IMG/VR virus record: IMGVR_UViG_3300046007_008124
Span: 1 to 64,000 of that record
Length of the DNA: 64,000 nucleotides
Reading direction: 5' to 3' (one strand)
DNA from: a virus
Shown here piece after piece: positions 58,574-64,000 of the stretch; the stretch's first letter is position 1, and every line of letters starts with the position of its first letter. The notes beneath the pieces are model-generated. The model was not told the origin of the DNA. It saw only the letters and a program-made list of their open reading frames with translations, and did not search any database. The position numbers and the translations under genes were made by a program.

Positions 58574-61390
58574 ATGATTACAGCAGAAGAAATTAAATCG
58601 TTTCTAGAAGGAAACGACCCTGAAGAACACATTGTGGCAATTGAATTTGATTATCAAAAAGACCACATCTATAAAATAAAAGAAGTTCCAGGAAAAGGAA
58701 AATCAATCGTAAGAGACAATCTAATTGCATTTGCTTGGGTTGGTGACCTAAGAGGTCTTAATTTCTATCAAGGATCAAAGGCGTTACAAAAAGAAGCAAT
58801 GTCAAAATATGGTATTGTTATTGAGAAATTAAGAACTGATGGAAATGAACAGTTAGAAAATGGTTTAACATTCCTAGTTAAATCACTAAAAGGGTATAGA
58901 GCTCTTTCACAATTTTTCCGTGACGGTGGGATAGATCCTTGGGGTGAAAAAGTAAAAGACAAATTCTTAATGCTTACACCGGTAGAACAATTCCTAATCT
59001 CAAAAGAGAAAAGACTATTTAAGGGTTTTGAAGATTACAATGATATTACAAGGCTTGTATTTGACCTTGAGACGACCTCTTTAGAACCTAAAGATGGTCG
59101 TATATTTATGATTGGAATTAAAACAAATAAAGGTTATAGAAAAGTAATTGAGTGTACAAACGATGATGAGGAAAGAAGAGGCATTGTTGAATTCTTTAAA
59201 ATTATAGACGAAATAAAACCTTCAATAGTATCTGGTTATAACTCGGCAAACTTTGACTGGTACTGGATTTATGAAAGATGTAAAATCTTAAATCTAGATA
59301 TTAAAAAAGTTGCAAAGTCACTTCACGGTGAAAGATCAATAACACAAAAAGAATCAATATTAAAATTAGGAAACGAAGTTGAAAGTTTTACCCAAACTCA
59401 AATGTGGGGTTATAACATTATTGATATTATCCATTCAGTTCGTAGAGCCCAAGCAATTAACTCATCAATAAAAGAAGCGGGTCTTAAATACATTACAAAA
59501 TTTATTGATGCTGAAGCCAGTGACCGAGTATATATCGATCACGACAAAATTGGATCAATGTATAGAGAAAAGAATTTGTACTGGTTAAACATTGAGAATG
59601 GTAAGTATAAAAAAGTTGGTGTTGACGAAAAAATAGATGAGGTATGTTCAAGAAGAACTGATATCTATATTCAAACAACCGGTGATGATATTGTTGAGCG
59701 TTATCTTGACGATGACTTAGAAGAAACCCTACTTGTTGACGAAGAGTTTAACCAAGGGTCGTTTCTTCTTGCATCACTTCTTCCAACGACATATGAAAGA
59801 GTTTCAACAATGGGAACAGCAACAATCTGGAAACTTGTAATGCTTGCTTGGTCCTATAAGAATGGTCTTGCAATTCCAGCAAAAAAAGAAAAAAGAAACT
59901 TTGTTGGTGGATTATCAAGATTACTTAAAACCGGTTATTCAAAAGATGTATTAAAACTTGACTACTCATCACTATACCCATCAATTCAATTAACACACGA
60001 TGTTTTTCCGGATTCAGATATTACTGGAGTAATGAAAGGTTTATTATCTTATTTTAGGGATACTCGTATTTTGTATAAGAATTTATCGGCCGAATGGAAA
60101 ACAAAAGATAAGAAAATTTCACAAAAATATGATAATTTCCAATTACCGGTAAAAATCTTTATCAACTCACTTTTTGGTGCTTTATCCGCTCCACAAGTTT
60201 TTCCTTGGGGGGATATGGACAGAGGTGAAATGATAACCTGTACTGGGAGACAATACCTTCGTATTATGATTGATTTTTTCACTAAAAGAGGGTATTCAAG
60301 TTTGGTTTGTGATACAGATGGTGTCAATTTCTCATTACCAGAAGGTGGTGTTGATGATAGAAAATACGTTGGTAAGGGATTAAATTGGTTGGTTAAAGAA
60401 GGAAAAGAATATATTGGGTATGACGCAGATGTTGCCGAATTTAATGACCTATATATGCGTGGTGTCGCAGGGCTTGATTGCGATGGGACGTGGAAATCTT
60501 GTATAAATCTAGCTCGTAAAAACTATGCAACATTAGAACATAATGGTAAAGTTAAATTAACAGGTAACTCAATTAAATCTAAAAAAATGCCAAAATATAT
60601 TGAGGTATTTTTAGATAAAGCAATTAAATTACTTCTTAATGGTGATGGACAAGGTTTTGTTGAGTGGTATTATGAATACCTACAAAGAATATTCGACCAA
60701 AAAATCCCCCTTATTGATATAGCAAACAAAGCAAAGGTTAAGCAAACAGTTGATGATTATATTAAACGAAGTAAGACAACAACTAAAGCTGGGTCTTTAA
60801 TGTCAAGACAGGCACATATGGAACTTGTAATTAAAGAAAATTTAAATGTTAGTCTTGGTGATATAATCTATTATGTTAATAATGGCGTGAAAGCATCACA
60901 CGGTGATGTACAAAAAGTTAATAAACCAAAAAAAGGGTGGAATGAAGAACAATTAAACACCTTCTTTTCAAATACAAAAATAAATCCAGATACTATAGAA
61001 TCAGTAATTCAACTTAATTGTTATAGAATTAACCCACAAGAATTAGAGAGTAACCCAGGATTAACCGGCGAATATAATATTCAAAGAGCAATTGCAACTT
61101 TTAATAAGAGAGTGGAACCACTACTTGTTTGTTTTAAAGAAGAAGTTAGAGACGGATTATTAGTTAAAAACCCAGAAGAACGACCTTTCTTCACTAAAGA
61201 TCAGTGTGAACTAATAAATGGTGTTCCGTTTGAGGAGGAGGATCAAGATAAGTTAGAAGATGTTATGGCAATATCGGATGAGGAAGTTGTGTTTTGGGAA
61301 AAGGTTAATATTTCTCCTTATCATATGTATAAAAATATTGATGAAAATACTGAAAAATTTTATGATAAAAGTAGAACTTTTACTATTTAA
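58574..61390 (+). CDS. polB: family B DNA polymerase
   Basis: ExoI FDLET, ExoII GYNSANFD, motif A DYSSLYPS, motif B KIFINSLFG, motif C DTDG, KNYA. Confidence 0.95.
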   Translation: MITAEEIKSFLEGNDPEEHIVAIEFDYQKDHIYKIKEVPGKGKSIVRDNLIAFAWVGDLRGLNFYQGSKALQKEAMSKYGIVIEKLRTDGNEQLENGLTFLVKSLKGYRALSQFFRDGGIDPWGEKVKDKFLMLTPVEQFLISKEKRLFKGFEDYNDITRLVFDLETTSLEPKDGRIFMIGIKTNKGYRKVIECTNDDEERRGIVEFFKIIDEIKPSIVSGYNSANFDWYWIYERCKILNLDIKKVAKSLHGERSITQKESILKLGNEVESFTQTQMWGYNIIDIIHSVRRAQAINSSIKEAGLKYITKFIDAEASDRVYIDHDKIGSMYREKNLYWLNIENGKYKKVGVDEKIDEVCSRRTDIYIQTTGDDIVERYLDDDLEETLLVDEEFNQGSFLLASLLPTTYERVSTMGTATIWKLVMLAWSYKNGLAIPAKKEKRNFVGGLSRLLKTGYSKDVLKLDYSSLYPSIQLTHDVFPDSDITGVMKGLLSYFRDTRILYKNLSAEWKTKDKKISQKYDNFQLPVKIFINSLFGALSAPQVFPWGDMDRGEMITCTGRQYLRIMIDFFTKRGYSSLVCDTDGVNFSLPEGGVDDRKYVGKGLNWLVKEGKEYIGYDADVAEFNDLYMRGVAGLDCDGTWKSCINLARKNYATLEHNGKVKLTGNSIKSKKMPKYIEVFLDKAIKLLLNGDGQGFVEWYYEYLQRIFDQKIPLIDIANKAKVKQTVDDYIKRSKTTTKAGSLMSRQAHMELVIKENLNVSLGDIIYYVNNGVKASHGDVQKVNKPKKGWNEEQLNTFFSNTKINPDTIESVIQLNCYRINPQELESNPGLTGEYNIQRAIATFNKRVEPLLVCFKEEVRDGLLVKNPEERPFFTKDQCELINGVPFEEEDQDKLEDVMAISDEEVVFWEKVNISPYHMYKNIDENTEKFYDKSRTFTI

Positions 61391-61405
61391 TAGATATTTA
61401 TAGAT

Positions 61406-61561
61406 ATGGGAAGACCAAAAAAAGAAGACCAAGATAAGAAAATTAAAATTGGTATTAGTTTGGATAGAAAACTTTTTAATCATATGATGAAAGATGGTGG
61501 TAAAGCTTCCCGTATAATAGAGAATATTATTAGGGAGTATTATGGAAACAAAAATTTGTAG
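61406..61561 (+). CDS. 51-aa ribbon-helix-helix-like protein (absent from the ORF track)
   Basis: MGRPKKEDQDKKIKIGISLDRKLFNHMMKDGGKASRIIENIIREYYGNKNL*, preceded by TATTTAT at 61395. Confidence 0.65.
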   Translation: MGRPKKEDQDKKIKIGISLDRKLFNHMMKDGGKASRIIENIIREYYGNKNL

Positions 61562-62192
61562 TAAATGTAAAGAAGAAAAAGAACTATGTTTATTTGGTAT
61601 TTCTAAAGATGGTAAATATGGTCGTAAATCAATTTGTAATGCGTGTAGAAAAATAGAAAGTAAACAATATAGAGAGAATAATAAGGAGAAAAGAAAAGAA
61701 ACAATAAAAAAATATTATGAGAATAATAAAGAAAAGATTAAAGAAAAAACTATAATTAGGTTTTTAGAAAACCCAGAAAAAGTTAGGGGTGTTAAATTAA
61801 AATCGTATCATAAAAATAAAAACAAAGACGAAAAAATTGAGAGGAAAAGAGAATATCGTAGATATAGACGAAAAAATGATGAGACATTTAAGATGTCGGA
61901 ATATATTAGAAATAGAGTAAGACACTATATACGAATAAACAACATAACAAAAAAGAATAAAACTTTTGATATTGTCGGTTGTACTCCAGAATTTTTAAAA
62001 GAATACATAGAAAAACAATTTAAAGAAGGGATGTCTTGGGATAATTATGGTTTTTATGGGTGGCACATTGATCATAAAATACCATTATCTTCAGCTAAAA
62101 CCGATGAAGAATTATATAAGTTGTGCCACTATTCAAACCTACAACCATTGTGGGCTAATGAAAATTTAAGTAAAGGTTCTAAAATCTTATGA
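61542..62192 (+). mobile_element. HNH/EndoVII-like homing endonuclease
   Basis: N-terminal CSKC...CNAC; WHIDHKIP...HYSNLQPLWANENLSKG. Confidence 0.8.
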
Positions 62193-62558
62193 CATTTTAA
62201 GACCGTCACTAGAAATTATATACCAATTACCCTCAACAAATTGAAATTGAACACAGGCTCCTTTTTCTAAAAGAAGTTCATCCCATTCTTCATCAATTGA
62301 GCCGGTGTCTGATTTAATTAAAGTTTGTGTAAGAGATTTTACTGTAATCTTTTTTACAGTAGTAGAATTTAGTGTTACTTCGGAATAGTCAATACCTCTA
62401 ACAATTAAAATTGTTTCGTCATTTGTTTTATAATTAGATTCCGAAATTATTTTATGAATCTCAACCGGCTTTTCAATAACGACTTTTGGTTCAACCACGG
62501 TTTGTGTCTGATACCTAACCACATTTTTTCTTTCTGTTGTGTTAACTCTATTAATCAT
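62187..62558 (-). CDS. small structural-type protein resembling the fibre C-terminal domain
   Basis: VTL...GSIDE...GACVQFQFVEGNWYII parallels the end of 54237..57242. Confidence 0.5.
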   Translation of the reverse strand: MINRVNTTERKNVVRYQTQTVVEPKVVIEKPVEIHKIISESNYKTNDETILIVRGIDYSEVTLNSTTVKKITVKSLTQTLIKSDTGSIDEEWDELLLEKGACVQFQFVEGNWYIISSDGLKMS

Positions 62559-63679
62559 ATTACATATATTTGTCTTGGCATTGCTCGGAACTTTAAACCT
62601 TTATTTAAATTTTCAGCAATTTGAGCTTCCCTCTCCATAACTTTTTCTGGTTTCAATCTAGTAAGTCTTCCTTCAGCACCAATAAGTTCTTCAATTAGTT
62701 TTGTCTTTTCATCTTTACCTTCTGTTGCTAAAGATTGCCATTCCATAGTAAGATCACCATCTGGTGTCTTTAAATTACCACTAAACTTACCTCTAACTTT
62801 TGAGAGTACTTCTTTACAGTAAGCAATAAACCATCTTCTAACCCAGATTTGTGCTGGGTTATTTAAATCTTGCCAACTAATTTTATCAAAAGGAACATCA
62901 GAAGGTAATTTGATAATATCTGGATTATCTTTTAAACATTTATCTCTATCTTCTGGTCCAACATCATAATACCAATACCAAACTCTTCCTTTTGTTAAAG
63001 CGGTATTACCAAAGTCAAATTTACCACCTGGTGTATTCATTAAGTGAATTGCTTTTTTTCCGTCTGGTAATGCTGTAATTCTGTATGTTAAATCACCTAG
63101 TATAATTCTTTTTTGTATGTTTATTTCTTGCATTCTCAATAAAGTATCAAAAGCTGGTGTTAAAAAATAACTACCTGCCATGTTACCCATTTGAGCGTAT
63201 CCACCAACACCACCAAGACCACCACCACCAATACCACCAAACGACCAAGGATCAAATAAAAGATTATTCATTGTTGGTGGTGTAAACCACAACAATTCAT
63301 TTATTTCTCTGTTTGCTGGAATTTCATAGATCTGTTGTCCTTTTTGTAATTGAATATAATCTTTTTTTAGAACGTAATCACCACCAGCCTGTAAACCGAC
63401 AATCTTTGAATAAGCATAAGTATATCTTGTTTCATAATCCAAACTTCTAGTTGTAAAAGCTTTAGATAAAGATTGTGTATCTAAATTCAAGTTATATAGA
63501 TTAGTCCATTGAGACTCAATTAACCAATCCTGAACATACTGAGAATACTCATCAATAGAAAACTCTAAAAGAGTGTCCATTTGTTCATCCTCAAGTTCAA
63601 CAGATCTTAATGGTGCACCAAGTAGATGTCTTATTTTTTTATAAAGATTACTTCTTTCTGGTTCATTAATTATTGACAT
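62555..63679 (-). CDS. neck/head-completion protein (T4 gp13-like)
   Basis: LYKKIRHLLGAPLRSVELEDEQ N-terminus and WVRRWFIAYCKE...RGKF...P.G C-terminus. Confidence 0.75.
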   Translation of the reverse strand: MSIINEPERSNLYKKIRHLLGAPLRSVELEDEQMDTLLEFSIDEYSQYVQDWLIESQWTNLYNLNLDTQSLSKAFTTRSLDYETRYTYAYSKIVGLQAGGDYVLKKDYIQLQKGQQIYEIPANREINELLWFTPPTMNNLLFDPWSFGGIGGGGLGGVGGYAQMGNMAGSYFLTPAFDTLLRMQEINIQKRIILGDLTYRITALPDGKKAIHLMNTPGGKFDFGNTALTKGRVWYWYYDVGPEDRDKCLKDNPDIIKLPSDVPFDKISWQDLNNPAQIWVRRWFIAYCKEVLSKVRGKFSGNLKTPDGDLTMEWQSLATEGKDEKTKLIEELIGAEGRLTRLKPEKVMEREAQIAENLNKGLKFRAMPRQIYVI

Positions 63680-63701
63680 AATGATTGTTTCTATATAAAT
63701 A

Positions 63702-63998
63702 TCACAATCGTCGATTTAAAATTCTTCCAATATCTAATTTAAAACTATTATTTTTTGATAAATTTTTAATAACGTCTTGTGGGATATTATCACCAAATTT
63801 ACTAACACCATATTTTTCACCAAATAAATTCAATAAATTTAGAGTTTGTTTCGTTGTTTCATCACCAATTAAAAATTCTTCATATTCTTCTGGTTTTATT
63901 ATTGGAAATTGTATTTTTCCTTTTAAAATTGGTACATCTGGATTATTTAATTTTAAAATTTTTGTTGAAAATCTTATTTGTTGTGACCCTTTTATTTT
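63702..63998 (-). CDS. hypothetical protein, 3' end only (partial)
   Basis: Open frame from the window edge, KIKGSQQIRFSTK...ILNRRL*, with TGA at 63702. Confidence 0.55.
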   Translation of the reverse strand, partial: KIKGSQQIRFSTKILKLNNPDVPILKGKIQFPIIKPEEYEEFLIGDETTKQTLNLLNLFGEKYGVSKFGDNIPQDVIKNLSKNNSFKLDIGRILNRRL

Positions 63999-64000
63999 TG

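Noticed and set aside
58574-61390. Intein or group I intron in the polymerase
   Set aside because: The ORF is continuous with motifs in normal order, and no splice-junction or LAGLIDADG signatures are visible.
61253-61483. 76-aa minus-strand ORF at the end of polB
   Set aside because: Antisense to polB and to the more credible plus-strand RHH-like ORF; its F/I-rich composition is typical of a shadow frame.
1-64000. Stop-codon reassignment as in some large phages
   Set aside because: Conserved genes (polB, phoH, dut, GTs) are full length in code 11, and TAA, TAG and TGA all end genes at coupled junctions.
1-64000. tRNA or rRNA genes
   Set aside because: Intergenic gaps are short and very AT-rich, and no cloverleaf or T-loop signature was seen by eye; a tRNAscan-SE run would confirm.

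Overview
AT-rich, gene-dense 64-kb segment best read as part of a large T4-like (myovirus-type) phage genome. Markers are a family B DNA polymerase, a gp13-like neck protein, a gp5-like baseplate spike, a gp55-like sigma factor, PhoH, dUTPase and free-standing homing endonucleases. A T9SS-cargo-like gene and SD-less leaders point to a Bacteroidota host. The layout is a mostly minus-strand block (3.7-27.9 kb: Cys-rich and baseplate proteins, sigma, a glycosyltransferase/amino-sugar cluster, nucleotide enzymes, probable internal head proteins) and a mostly plus-strand block (28.0-62.2 kb), separated by back-to-back TATTTAT motifs. The plus block holds four paralogous fibre-like proteins built from 15-aa STVSGGxxNTSS repeats and several Pro/Thr mucin-like proteins. 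Most notable is that candidate protein-modifying enzymes sit beside matching acceptor repeats. An Aah/TibC-type (iron-finger) protein O-heptosyltransferase homologue lies next to the TVSGG fibres, and a GT60 polypeptide GlcNAc-transferase homologue lies directly after the PTPT/PTVT proteins. Between them is a sulfotransferase + APS kinase + HxGH nucleotidyltransferase + DUF2061 module. Together these suggest a phage-encoded virion glycosylation-and-sulfation system. All family calls come from motif recognition by eye; no database searches were run.
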